64,000 nucleotides of DNA from Thermodesulfobacteriota bacterium (GCA_047519465.1 JAPVTA010000075.1:2513-66512), one strand, 5' to 3'; counted from the stretch's first letter, positions 10,214 through 20,418 are shown. The notes: a model not told the origin generated them from the sequence alone. Numbers and translations are program-made.

Positions 10214-11068
10214 TTAGCTTTTCCGCATCAAGCCCGTTGGGCGAAATACCAATATCAGGATGATCGCAATCAAGTACACCATGTCGGGATAGTTGGCTGA
10301 GATGAGCATGCTGACAAGCGTTTCAGAGTATCCCAAGAGCATACTCGCCATGAGAGCCCCCTCCATGCTTCCCAAGCCTCCAATAATGACAATTGCGAAG
10401 GCTTTAAAGAGGGGGAAGGCCCACATGGTAGGAACAGCCTCCAAGACAGGAGCGATTAACACGCCAGCTACTGCGGCCAATCCCGAAGAGATGCAAGCGG
10501 TCATCAGATAGACCCGCTCATATTGAATGCCCATGAAGATGGCGGCTTCTTTATTTTGAGCCACAGCCGAAATCGACTTCCCTGTTTTGGTCCTTTTGAT
10601 GAAAAGCCACAGGAGGGTGATTAATGACCCAGATACGAAAAAGATCAGGATCTTTTGGCAGGAAATATTGATCCCCTTTAAGGTCATTTCCCCCTCAACG
10701 AAACTCTGGACCGCCTTCCCATAGGGTCCATAAATCATGTACATCAGTTCCTGAAAAAACAATGCAAACGCGAGGGTCAGGATCAGGACGTAAACATGGT
10801 GATCCCGCATCGGCCGGATCCCAAAACGATCGATGAGCATGCCAATCAAAGCCGTAGAGATTACGGCGAGCAAGGCTGAGAGAACGGCATTCAATTTCAG
10901 AACCGAAACAAGCGTGTAGGCAAGGTAGGCTCCCAGCATGTAAAAGGATCCGTGGGCAAGATTAATGATTCCTCCAACCCCGAAGATAAGGGTGAAGCCC
11001 ACGGCGATCAGGCCATAGAGGGACCCCCATATGGTTCCAAGAATAAGAATACTGATAAGCGTCGGCAT
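10214..11068 (-). CDS. ABC transporter permease (LivH-like)
   Basis: INLAHGSFYMLG, IIGGLGS, FRPTGL. Confidence 0.92.
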   Translation of the reverse strand: MPTLISILILGTIWGSLYGLIAVGFTLIFGVGGIINLAHGSFYMLGAYLAYTLVSVLKLNAVLSALLAVISTALIGMLIDRFGIRPMRDHHVYVLILTLAFALFFQELMYMIYGPYGKAVQSFVEGEMTLKGINISCQKILIFFVSGSLITLLWLFIKRTKTGKSISAVAQNKEAAIFMGIQYERVYLMTACISSGLAAVAGVLIAPVLEAVPTMWAFPLFKAFAIVIIGGLGSMEGALMASMLLGYSETLVSMLISANYPDMVYLIAIILILVFRPTGLMRKS

Positions 11069-11188
11069 GACCGGGATTTTGCAGAACCTCCGTACAGGGA
11101 AGAAAACAGCCTATGACGTCTTTCTCAACGATTGACGAGGTTTAGCAGTGGGAGAAGCAACCCTCCCGCTCTAAACCCCGGTCTCACA

Positions 11189-12424
11189 CTATTGTTTCCA
11201 CCAGGAGGGTTTGATGTACTCGCCTGTCTTGAACGGTTTGGGCCAAAAAACGACCTGTTTCCCACCCTCTTGCCACTGCACCATCGGCATCACATATCGT
11301 CCCTCCAGAAGGTCATGAGACTGTTTGTCAAAACCGATCTGCGGATGCAGCACGCCTTTGTAGCTGATATTTTCAAGGCCGTTAATGATATCATCTGACT
11401 TCACCGACTTTTTCTGCCTGATGACCTCGGCCAGCATGTACACGGAATCGTAAGTAAACCCTGTTGTGTAAACGGGATTTGTCCCAAACTGTTTCACGTA
11501 TTTGTCCCACATAGGGATCGTCTTATCTGTCAAGGGCGCCCTGGCGATGAAATTATACGTCGCCTCGTATAGACACGCCCCGCCTGTAACCTCCCAGAAT
11601 TTGGAATCCATCCCTTGAACATTGCACAGTCCCATCGGTGCTGGCTTGATCTCCTGCCAGGCTTTTATGGCAGGGATGCTGGCGGCATGGCTCAGGATCT
11701 GGGCAATCCACTGGGCGCCGTTGGCTTTAATCTTGGTGAAGATAGGGGAGAAATCCTTGATATCGACATCAAACCTCTCGTAAAAAACGACGTCCAATCC
11801 CACGTCTTCCAACTTCTTTTTCAGGTTCGGTGCATACGCCTCCGTCCATTTCGTCGCTTCTGAAAGGACAGCAAATTTCTTGTATCTTAAGTCTCCATGG
11901 ACGAATTCCTTCAAGAACTTGAAGGCCCATTCCTGCTGTCGAATGTCAGAATTGATCATATTTCGGAAGAAGTACTTGTTTTTCGTGTAATCCTTTTTAA
12001 CGTTGTCGGTTAAAGCGATGGAAGCAGCTCCTGTGGTAATAAAAACGGTCTTATAGCCCGGCAGGAAAGGCTGAAGAGCCAGTGCCACACCACTGGAATA
12101 CTCGCCGATCAAGACATCCACCTTGTCCTCCAGAACGAGTTTCTTAAGGGCCGTAATGCCTTTCTCAGGCTTCCCTTCAGTATCACCGACAAACATTTCA
12201 ACTTTCTTACCCAAGATGCCCCCGGACCCATTTATCTCCTGGGTGGCCAGTTTCGCGGCATTCGTGATCCCCATGCCCACCGCCAACTGGACAGGGGTCA
12301 GAATTCCAATGCGAACCGTATCAATCTTACTAAATTCCCTTTCCGCTGCTTGTAGCGGAGTTGCCATAATAGAAAATACCATTACACAAACCATTGCCAT
12401 CCATACGCACTCCTTTTTCGACAT
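11189..12424 (-). CDS. ABC transporter substrate-binding protein (LivJ/K type 1 fold)
   Basis: Signal peptide; EINGSGGILGKKVE motif; first gene of a Liv-type cluster. Confidence 0.9.
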   Translation of the reverse strand: MSKKECVWMAMVCVMVFSIMATPLQAAEREFSKIDTVRIGILTPVQLAVGMGITNAAKLATQEINGSGGILGKKVEMFVGDTEGKPEKGITALKKLVLEDKVDVLIGEYSSGVALALQPFLPGYKTVFITTGAASIALTDNVKKDYTKNKYFFRNMINSDIRQQEWAFKFLKEFVHGDLRYKKFAVLSEATKWTEAYAPNLKKKLEDVGLDVVFYERFDVDIKDFSPIFTKIKANGAQWIAQILSHAASIPAIKAWQEIKPAPMGLCNVQGMDSKFWEVTGGACLYEATYNFIARAPLTDKTIPMWDKYVKQFGTNPVYTTGFTYDSVYMLAEVIRQKKSVKSDDIINGLENISYKGVLHPQIGFDKQSHDLLEGRYVMPMVQWQEGGKQVVFWPKPFKTGEYIKPSWWKQ

Positions 12425-12544
12425 ATTCCCGTTTCCTCCTTTCTTCCTAATTTCTGGCTAAGTCTTGTGAGGATGGATCGTCCTATTCTGCCAGTCTAAG
12501 ATTGCCCCGCTCAACATTTCCATGCCCACCCAAGGCTGAATCCG

Positions 12545-12665
12545 AAGATGGATTGCAAACAGCAATATCAGACCCTCTCTCGGCCAATCCGATTGCAATG
12601 GCTCTCTCCCTAAGTCTTGGGCACCTCCGGTCAGAATCGAAACCTTGTTTTTTAGATAGATTCAC
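12545..12665 (-). pseudogene. Frameshifted N-terminal fragment of a short-chain dehydrogenase/reductase
   Basis: Joining frames gives MNLS/NKVSILTGGAQDLGR/AIAIGLAERGSDIAVC, the SDR TGxxxGxG Rossmann start; no continuation. Confidence 0.6.
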
Positions 12666-12968
12666 AGACTCCTCATCTCAATGGGATCGATTTAAGAAAT
12701 GGGCCCTTCGTTTTATCCAATAGGATAGAGTAGAAACTTCAAACCTTCGCGACGCTCAAATCGTTCAAATGCTTCTTTCCACTGATCTAGGGGATATTCC
12801 CCTGAGATGAGTGAACCTGTTTTAACCTTCCCCTCTGCTAGCAAACGTATTCCAAGATCCTTAGGAAGCCTGAATTCCCCATTCTTGGTTAGCAGAACTG
12901 TGCTCTAAAGCCTCTCTAACGCGGGGATTTCTTCTAAATAGCGACTCAAGGCCTCCTACTCACACCCT

Positions 12969-13673
12969 TTAGACTACGAGATACCTCCTCACCATCTCCT
13001 GATTTTGCCAAATCTTCTCCATCTTATCCTGGTAGCGGATGATGCCTTTCTCCATCACATAGCCTCGGTCAGCTATTCTTCGGCAGAACCTAACGTTTTG
13101 GTCAGCTATAAAAATGGTAACGCCTGCCTTCCTAATCTCCGTCATGGCGTCTCCTAAAGCTTTTACAATTAAAGGAGCCAGCCCCTCAGATGGCTCATCA
13201 AGCAGCAACAATTCCGGATCTCTCATCAAGGCCCTGCCTATAGCCAACATTTTCCGTTCACCACCGCTCAGGCGCCCCCCTCTACTAGATTTTAATCGTT
13301 GTAAGGCAGGAAAAAGTTCGTATATTTTTAGGGTTGTCCAAACTTTATCCTTTCCTCTAACCTGCCGGCCGGCGAGTAGAAGGTTGTCTTCTGCACTCAA
13401 ATTGGCAAATATTCGGCACTCATCCGGGGAATAACCGACACCCAGTTTTGCAATCTCATAGGGCAGCTTACCATTTATCTCCGTACCAATGAATTTTATA
13501 CTTCCTGATCTGGGGGGAGTCAAACCCATGATGCTCCTCATCGTAGTCGTTTTACCAGCTCCATTTCTACCCAGCAGAGCCACTATTTCTCCCTTGTCCA
13601 CAGTTAATGATACCCCGTTGAGTACTAAGCTCTGGCCATATAAGGTGACAATATCACTCACTTCCAGGATCAC
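12969..13673 (-). CDS. ABC transporter ATPase (LivF-like), second system
   Basis: GRNGAGKTT, LSGGERKM, LLLDEPSEGL. Confidence 0.93.
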   Translation of the reverse strand: MILEVSDIVTLYGQSLVLNGVSLTVDKGEIVALLGRNGAGKTTTMRSIMGLTPPRSGSIKFIGTEINGKLPYEIAKLGVGYSPDECRIFANLSAEDNLLLAGRQVRGKDKVWTTLKIYELFPALQRLKSSRGGRLSGGERKMLAIGRALMRDPELLLLDEPSEGLAPLIVKALGDAMTEIRKAGVTIFIADQNVRFCRRIADRGYVMEKGIIRYQDKMEKIWQNQEMVRRYLVV

Positions 13674-13676
13674 GAC

Positions 13677-14432
13677 TTAGAGCTCCTCTCCTAAATAGAT
13701 TTCTCTCACCTCTTTACTCTCCCTTATTTGCCCTGGTTCGCCCTCGGTGACTATTTCGCCTTTATTCATCACGATGATCCAATCTGAAAGGGAAAAGACG
13801 ATGTCCATATCGTGTTCCACAATGACAAAAGTTGTTTTTTCCATGGTAGCTAAACTCTTAATTAGCTCCAATACCTTGGCGCTCTCCGAAGGGTTCATGC
13901 CTGACGATGGTTCATCCAGAAAGCAGAGCTCCGGCCTGGGAGCAATGGCAATGCCCAGCTCTAAAAGCCTTTGGTCACCATGGGATAACTTCCCAGCAAG
14001 CATATTTTTCTTATCCAGAAGGCTTACCTCTCCCAGAATTTTGTTGACCTCCCCTGTTACATCGGGGTGGTCATCGGATCTGGAGAACCATTTCCGGTGT
14101 TTACCTAAGAAGGATAAGACAGGTAGCTCAATATTCTGGAACACTGTCAGTCTGGGGAAGATATTCATTATCTGAAATGAACGAGTTATTCTTTTCTTAA
14201 CCAATTTGTCGGTAGGGAGGTGAGTGACGTCCTCACCTTTAAAAAATATCCTCCCTTTCTCAGGATGGAGCGTACCAGTTATAAGGTTTATAAGGGTTGT
14301 TTTACCCGCACCATTGGGACCTATAATGGAGGTGATGATATTCGGTCTAAGGTTTATTTCAACTCCATTGATGGCAGTAAACTCCCCAAAAGACTTCCTG
14401 AGGCCTCTACTGCTTAATATCGCTTCGCTCAT
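13677..14432 (-). CDS. ABC transporter ATPase (LivG-like), second system
   Basis: GPNGAGKTT, LSHGDQR, VEHDM; start set at MSEAIL. Confidence 0.92.
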   Translation of the reverse strand: MSEAILSSRGLRKSFGEFTAINGVEINLRPNIITSIIGPNGAGKTTLINLITGTLHPEKGRIFFKGEDVTHLPTDKLVKKRITRSFQIMNIFPRLTVFQNIELPVLSFLGKHRKWFSRSDDHPDVTGEVNKILGEVSLLDKKNMLAGKLSHGDQRLLELGIAIAPRPELCFLDEPSSGMNPSESAKVLELIKSLATMEKTTFVIVEHDMDIVFSLSDWIIVMNKGEIVTEGEPGQIRESKEVREIYLGEEL

Positions 14433-15420
14433 TTCGATTCCCTTCGAAATTTGCCCTAAAACGGGCCAATAGGCCTTCCTGAAGGACACCTGCCAATCCC
14501 TGTGCTCGCAAAGTGAGGACCAAAATGATCACTATGACACCGAGAATGAGCAGCCAGTACTCAGTAAATCTGACGATAATATCCTTTAGTAAGAAGAAAA
14601 TCGCAGCCCCTGCCAAGGGCCCCCCGAAAGTATACATCCCACCGATGATGGTAGCTGCTACTGGTTCAGCCGAGGCTGCCCAATGAGCACAAACCGGCGT
14701 CACCCTCGTTTCAAGAGGTGCCATAAGAGCTCCAGCAAGGCCAGCGTACATTCCAGCTATGGTGAAGCAAAGCAAACGGGTATTCCTGATCGAGATACCC
14801 GTACAGGCAATCCTACTCTCGCTGTCGCGAATGCCCTTGAAGGTCAAGCCTAAAGGCGAGTTGACAAGCCTATGAAAAAGAAACATAGCTATTAAAGAAA
14901 TAATGAGTACAAAGTAATAATAATTTTCCATGGGCTCCATGTTGAGACTATGGATGAATAGAACTGCCCTCGGTATGCCTCCCAAACCATCTTCACCACC
15001 GGTCATCTCTCGCAGTTTCATGGCCAGTGCCCATACCATCATCCCAAAAGCCAGAGTGATCATGGCAAAGTATATCGTGGTGTGTCGGACGCAAAAGTAG
15101 CCCAAAATAAGAGCTACCAAACCGGCAATGATGACCCCACCCAATACTCCTGGCAAGAGTTGGGGAAAAACCAGCAAAATCTTACCACAGCCATAAGCTC
15201 CACAGGCATAAAATCCAGCCTGTCCAAAGGAGAGCAATCCTGTATATCCTAAAAGAAGGTTCACACTTAAACAAAGCAGGGAAAAGATCAGGATGCTCAT
15301 CACCATATATAAAGTGTATTTTCCGCTAAATTGAGGCATTACAAATAGGAAAATGATAAGTACTACCCAAAAAACAAATGGGATACGGTTAGGCAACAAT
15401 AGCCTCTTAACCTTACTCAT
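14407..15420 (-). CDS. ABC transporter permease (LivM-like), second system
   Basis: GYTGLLSFGQAG, YFAMITLAF, TGGEDGL. Confidence 0.92.
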   Translation of the reverse strand: MSKVKRLLLPNRIPFVFWVVLIIFLFVMPQFSGKYTLYMVMSILIFSLLCLSVNLLLGYTGLLSFGQAGFYACGAYGCGKILLVFPQLLPGVLGGVIIAGLVALILGYFCVRHTTIYFAMITLAFGMMVWALAMKLREMTGGEDGLGGIPRAVLFIHSLNMEPMENYYYFVLIISLIAMFLFHRLVNSPLGLTFKGIRDSESRIACTGISIRNTRLLCFTIAGMYAGLAGALMAPLETRVTPVCAHWAASAEPVAATIIGGMYTFGGPLAGAAIFFLLKDIIVRFTEYWLLILGVIVIILVLTLRAQGLAGVLQEGLLARFRANFEGNRNERSDIKQ

Positions 15421-16280
15421 CTTATTTCTCCAAAGATACCTTGGGGCCGTATGAGTAAAACGACGGCCATGACGATATATATGATGAACATTTCAAAAAC
15501 AGGAATGTATAATGTGCAAAAGGCACCCACCACACCAACGATGAGTGCCCCGACAAAGGCACCCTTTAGATTTCCTAATCCACCTATTACAGTCACCACA
15601 AAGGCCTGAACGATGATGGCTCCTCCGATACCCGGCCCAACCACCCTCATGGGGAGAGACAAGGCTCCGCCAAGGGCAGCTATCGCAGCAGCAAACATAA
15701 ATGCCCCTGAAAACAAAGCTCGGATGTTTATGCCTAAAGCGCTCGCCATCTCCCTATCTAACGCAGAAGCCCTTATCGACTTTCCCCACCATGTCTTGTC
15801 TAAGAGAAGCCAAATGATAATGGCAGTCGCTAAACCGGCGCCGATGATGAATACATTATAAATGGGGAATGGTCTACCAATGATGGGTACAAAACCTTCG
15901 AAGAAACCGGGCATGGCAACAATCTTACTGACCGGACCCCAAGCCAGCTTCGCTAAGTCGTCGAAGACCCAGACGAAGGCGAAGGTTAATACAAGTTGAA
16001 TTTCAATGGGTTCTTTATAGATGGGACGTAAAAAACCCAGCTCCAAGACGAGTCCTATAAAACCTACACTCACGAGGGCGAGAAGGATAGAAAGCCAGAA
16101 ATTCATGCCCAGGAGTTGGTAGAAGGTCAGAAGAAAATAGCCGCCAAACATATATAGAACACCATGGGCAATGTTCAATATACCGCATACTCCGAAAGCA
16201 ATAGTAAGCCCCGCAGAAACCAGCCATAGAAACATAGCGGCAGTGAGTCCGGTCAACCCTTGGTAAACAATTGTGTCCAT
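15417..16280 (-). CDS. ABC transporter permease (LivH-like), second system
   Basis: LNIAHGVLYM, VIGGLGN, RPQGIFG. Confidence 0.92.
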   Translation of the reverse strand: MDTIVYQGLTGLTAAMFLWLVSAGLTIAFGVCGILNIAHGVLYMFGGYFLLTFYQLLGMNFWLSILLALVSVGFIGLVLELGFLRPIYKEPIEIQLVLTFAFVWVFDDLAKLAWGPVSKIVAMPGFFEGFVPIIGRPFPIYNVFIIGAGLATAIIIWLLLDKTWWGKSIRASALDREMASALGINIRALFSGAFMFAAAIAALGGALSLPMRVVGPGIGGAIIVQAFVVTVIGGLGNLKGAFVGALIVGVVGAFCTLYIPVFEMFIIYIVMAVVLLIRPQGIFGEIR

Positions 16281-16365
16281 TCTTATACTCTCCTAACTCA
16301 GCTTGCCCAAGCTTCTGGGAGCCACAAAAATTACATGACTCCCAAAAGCAGGCGCGAGTTGCCGT

Positions 16366-17691
16366 TTACCGTTTCAGTTCCGCTTTCACAATCTCATCTA
16401 TGGAAGGTTCAAATGGAGGCCAGCGATAATACTCCTTAACCGGTACCCATTGCAGATCCTTAACAACAGGCATAAGTGGATAATCAGGGTCCATCCCTGG
16501 CCTGCCAATAGGAACAGGATAAACTGCTTGATGATCCTCGGGCCTTATCCACTTTTCCCCTGAAGGTGTGTCCCACTTCATACCTTCCATAGCCTTTATG
16601 ACGGCCTCCGTATCTAAGGTACGGGTCTTTTCTAAAGCCTTTTTGATAAGATATATCGCTGAGTAGGCACCTTCGGTGCAGTGGAAGGGATACATTGCGT
16701 ATTTTTCAGCGTAGGTTTTGACAAAATGTTTATTTATGGGTAAATCATTTTGAGTTAGGACGTAACGACCCGTAACCCATAACTTCCCATGGAACTTATC
16801 TTTGGCTATCTCGTTGCTCATCCCCATCAGAAAATCTGAGGTCTCACCTGTACAGTTTATGTACAGTTTAACATTTGGGTCTTCAAAGACACCCATGATT
16901 AAGGCTTGCCTTGCAAGCTGCACCCCCTCTCCTCCCCACGGCGAGGTATAAATGCCCTGAGGTTTGGCCGCCATCACCGCAGAGATTTGGGGTGTAAAGT
17001 CCATGGTCCAGAAGGGTGCCCAGGTCTCGGCCACAAACTCCACATCCGGAACAAGCTCCTTCATCGCCCTTTTGAACAACGCAAGGTTGACATAGCCGAA
17101 TTCATAATCACAGTTTATGCTTGCCCATCTTTTCACCTCGGGGAATTTCTTAGCAAGAACCTTGGCAAAGATGGTCGCGTCCTGATATGTGGGGCTGGCT
17201 GTCCTGAAGCAGTATTTGTTTTTTTCTTTATAAACCAGACGCTCATTATAATTGGCAGTAGCGGCATGAGTCCCAATGAGAATCTTCTTTAACTCGGGCA
17301 TCACTCCTCCTACTGCCATTAAGACACCGCTGGAATCGTGGCCCATGAGAAAATCAGCCCCCCACTCCCCGACTAAGTATCTCGCATTCTTAATCCCTAC
17401 TGCGGGCTTCAGCTCGGTATCCATGTATTTAAAATCAATTTTGCTGCCCAAAATACCACCCTTGGCATTTATTTCATCAATGGCTAACCGAGCTCCCTCC
17501 ATCATACTCCGGCCGCAAATCGCATTGGGCCCTGTGAAAATCCCCTGACCGCCTATTTTAATCATCTCTTTTTTCAGTGGGAGTTGCTTTGCGGGTGGCG
17601 CTGCTGCGACAAGAACAAAACTTAACGTCAATAAAAGCGCCATCGTTAAACCGATGCCTAAACCTGTAATCTTTCTCTTTCCCATATTCAT
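16366..17691 (-). CDS. ABC transporter substrate-binding protein, second system
   Basis: Signal peptide; EINAKGGILG and IRPEDHQA motifs. Confidence 0.9.
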   Translation of the reverse strand: MNMGKRKITGLGIGLTMALLLTLSFVLVAAAPPAKQLPLKKEMIKIGGQGIFTGPNAICGRSMMEGARLAIDEINAKGGILGSKIDFKYMDTELKPAVGIKNARYLVGEWGADFLMGHDSSGVLMAVGGVMPELKKILIGTHAATANYNERLVYKEKNKYCFRTASPTYQDATIFAKVLAKKFPEVKRWASINCDYEFGYVNLALFKRAMKELVPDVEFVAETWAPFWTMDFTPQISAVMAAKPQGIYTSPWGGEGVQLARQALIMGVFEDPNVKLYINCTGETSDFLMGMSNEIAKDKFHGKLWVTGRYVLTQNDLPINKHFVKTYAEKYAMYPFHCTEGAYSAIYLIKKALEKTRTLDTEAVIKAMEGMKWDTPSGEKWIRPEDHQAVYPVPIGRPGMDPDYPLMPVVKDLQWVPVKEYYRWPPFEPSIDEIVKAELKR

Positions 17692-17786
17692 ATCCTCCTT
17701 TCAAGAAGTTAAACCTGACCGAAATATATTATTCCCTTCGGTATAGATCACCTCCTTTACTCGTAATGAGCCTTCCTAAACTGCCT

Positions 17787-19457
17787 CTAAGCCTGCTTCG
17801 ACATATATTCGTCCTTGTATCGCTCCCTAATTGCGCTCTTCTTAAACTTCCCCACGCTTGTTTTAGGAATTTCATCGACAAACTTCACCTCATCAGGAAG
17901 TTGCCATCTAGCAAACTTGTTGCGAATGTGATTCATGATATCCTCTTTATTAACCTTTCCCTTGAATTCCTCTCTCAACACGACTAAGGCAAACGGCCTC
18001 TCTTCCCATTTTGGGTGAGGCAATCCACATACAGCAGCTTCCAATACCGCCGGATGGCACATGATCTCATTCTCCATGTCCACAGAGGAAATCCACTCCC
18101 CTCCACTCTTTATCACGTCTTTAATCCTATCCACGATCTTTATATACCCTTCAGGATCAATCGTCGCCACATCTCCGCTTTTCCAGTAGCCATCATCGGT
18201 GAACCGGCTTGCTGTTTCTGGAGCATTGTAGTAACTACCTATCACCCAAGGCGCCCTCAATAAGAGTTCTCCTGCCGACTTCCCGTCGTTGGGAAGTTCG
18301 TTCCCGTTTCCATCGACGATCTTAGCGTCGCAGCCAGGAACCTCAAGTCCCTGTCTTCTCTGCAATTCCCACCTCTCTTCTTCTGATAGTTTGCTTTCTA
18401 ACCAGGGCTTCGGCTTATTCATTGTAGACCATGCCGTATTTTCGGTTGCTCCTGAAACATGATAAACTTTAGCCCCGGTGAGGTCATAAAAACCTTTCAG
18501 CATAGCTAAGGGTGGTTCACTGGCACCAGAGTATAATCTGACACCCCTTAGGTTAGGCTTTTCCCTAATGTTTCTTATATATTCATATATCGGCATCCAA
18601 GCGGCTGAAGCGGCAATGGCAATGGTTACCTTCTCCTTTACCATTAAATCAATAATTAATTCCAATTCTCCCAAAGTGTATCTCCCGGGTAGAACAAGTT
18701 TTGAGCCAGCCAAGAGAACTGCTATATGATTACACCACCCTAAAGCGTGATACAGAGGGACTATCTGCAAGAGGCAATCCCTGATAGTCAATTCCAAGAT
18801 AATTGCAGCGACTGTGCTCAAAAGATAAGTATCTCTATGGGAATAAAAAACCCCTTTTGGTCTTCCGGTAGTCCCTGAAGTATAACAAGCGCTGTAAGCA
18901 GATGTTTCATCAATCATTGGCCAATCGTATTCCGGTTTCGCTTCCTTTAAAAGGTCTTCATAGCAATACATGGGGGAGAGTTTTGTTTTAATCTCCCTTA
19001 GGTTCTTGTCCGTTAAAATGACATACCCTTTAGCCGATTTAAATTCAGATGCCATAGCCTCAACAATAGGAATCAATGTCTCATCAACAAAGATCAATTC
19101 TACCCCAGCATGATTAGCGACATAGGCTAAATCTAAGGGTGCCAATCTTACATTCATTTCTAAGTGGACAGCCCCAATCCCAGGGATACCGAAGTATAGT
19201 TCCATATACCGATAGGTATTCCATTCGAGAACTCCCACTCTATCTCCAGGTTTAATCCCCAAACTTTCTAAAGCATTCGCAAGCCTTTTTATCCTTTCAT
19301 AAGCATCCTTATAAGTATATCGGAAAATGCCGTCGCGTGTTCGAGAGACTATTTCTTGGCCTGCGAAATTTCTTACTGCATGCTTCAATATAGTCGTCAC
19401 ATTAAGCGGATAGTCATCGCGCGAATTTGATGGAAACCCCTTTATAATTTTCATCAT
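17787..19457 (-). CDS. Fatty acyl-CoA ligase (AlkK/medium-long-chain type)
   Basis: YTSGTTGRPKG, SGDVA, DRIKDVIKSGGEWISS, PKTSVGK; GGAGG RBS before MMKIIK. Confidence 0.92.
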   Translation of the reverse strand: MMKIIKGFPSNSRDDYPLNVTTILKHAVRNFAGQEIVSRTRDGIFRYTYKDAYERIKRLANALESLGIKPGDRVGVLEWNTYRYMELYFGIPGIGAVHLEMNVRLAPLDLAYVANHAGVELIFVDETLIPIVEAMASEFKSAKGYVILTDKNLREIKTKLSPMYCYEDLLKEAKPEYDWPMIDETSAYSACYTSGTTGRPKGVFYSHRDTYLLSTVAAIILELTIRDCLLQIVPLYHALGWCNHIAVLLAGSKLVLPGRYTLGELELIIDLMVKEKVTIAIAASAAWMPIYEYIRNIREKPNLRGVRLYSGASEPPLAMLKGFYDLTGAKVYHVSGATENTAWSTMNKPKPWLESKLSEEERWELQRRQGLEVPGCDAKIVDGNGNELPNDGKSAGELLLRAPWVIGSYYNAPETASRFTDDGYWKSGDVATIDPEGYIKIVDRIKDVIKSGGEWISSVDMENEIMCHPAVLEAAVCGLPHPKWEERPFALVVLREEFKGKVNKEDIMNHIRNKFARWQLPDEVKFVDEIPKTSVGKFKKSAIRERYKDEYMSKQA

Positions 19458-19571
19458 TATTTTCCTCCCTCCAATTCCAAAAATCAAAATGATTGGGTTT
19501 TTGCTCGGAATACTATCGAATAACCGAATTCTCAATGAACTCAGCAATGAGTTCATTCATTTTCTCCAACT

Positions 19572-19700
19572 TCATAGTATCTCCTCAAATTCCACCCCCT
19601 CATTAATTCCCTTCTTCAAAATTTTCTCAAAACATTCAACAAGTCCACTCTCGTTCGTCAGAATTATCTCAGAATGAGGCTTGTCTGAATCCGGAAATCT
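19572..19700 (-). pseudogene. Possible TetR-family regulator C-terminal remnant
   Basis: Start-less frame KPHSEIILTNESGLVECFEKILKKGINEGVEF resembles the TetR C-domain pattern fe.il..G...G.F. Confidence 0.35.
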
Positions 19701-20103
19701 TCACGAACCAGTTTTACAAGCCGGCTGTTGAGATCTTGGGCCTTCACTTGAAGGGATTATTTATGTGTAGCGAGGGTTTGTTAAATTTAGACCATAATAA
19801 GCCAGTCCAAATAAATGTCAAGAAAAAAATGATTTTGGAACCCTTCATACGTCGGGTCAAACCCACCCAAATCTATTTCAATATAGATTTCCTCAAAGAA
19901 CACTTAGGTGGCAGCTCCTCATCAAACTCAGGAAGAAGAAATGAATAAGTTGGGGATGAAGAACTTTGAACCTTACGACTGCGGATTTCCTGCCACTATC
20001 CACACCTATCAAACAGCTTCGATTTGAATGACAAGTCGAAACCCTGGATTCGTCCCATTTGTAATTGTTTTGAGCATTGCCTATGCGGAATCTTATAATT
20101 TAT

Positions 20104-20168
20104 GGCAGCAAAACGGCAGCGGAAAGTAGAAAAGGGATTAAGCGAAATCGCTTAACCCCTTGTTTTTT
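20104..20168. other. Direct repeat plus hairpin next to the tRNA-Cys 3' end (att/arm-like region and terminator)
   Basis: GGCAGC-AAAAC-GGCAGC followed by the hairpin AAGGGATTAAGCGA-AA-TCGCTTAACCCCTT, flanked by A- and T-runs. Confidence 0.55.
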
Positions 20169-20243
20169 TGGAGGCGGCAACCGGATTTGAACCGGTGAAT
20201 AACGGTTTTGCAGACCGTCGCCTTACCACTTGGCTATGCCGCC
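20169..20243 (-). tRNA. tRNA-Cys(GCA)
   Basis: GGCGGCATAGCCAAGTGGTAAGGC...CTGCAAA...GGTTCAAATCC...GCCGCCTCCA; cloverleaf with encoded CCA. Confidence 0.97.
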
Positions 20244-20245
20244 TT

Positions 20246-20320
<75 letters not shown>

Positions 20321-20330
20321 TTTTTGTAAA

Positions 20331-20359
20331 AAATTACAAGATTTAAAATGGGATGTCAA
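20331..20359 (-). promoter_or_regulatory. Sigma70 promoter of the tRNA pair
   Basis: TTGACA-N17-TAATTT directly upstream of tRNA-Gly. Confidence 0.6.
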
Positions 20360-20366
20360 TAGCGAA

Positions 20367-20418
20367 GTAACCCCCCTCTTTCCCCCCTTAAGCTAAGGGG
20401 GGATGAAGAGGGGTTACG
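20367..20418. repeat. REP-like palindrome, related to 55938-55992
   Basis: GTAACCCCCCTCTTTCCCCCCTTA-AGC-TAAGGGGGGATGAAGAGGGGTTAC. Confidence 0.6.

Noticed and set aside
12840-12855. Sigma54-like TTGGAATACGTTTGCT as an active promoter
   Set aside because: GG-to-GC spacing is 9 nt rather than the required 10.
19736-19948. 70 aa ORF with FLKEHLGGSS as a second integrase fragment
   Set aside because: It lacks the LGH His and other box II residues; the resemblance is too weak.
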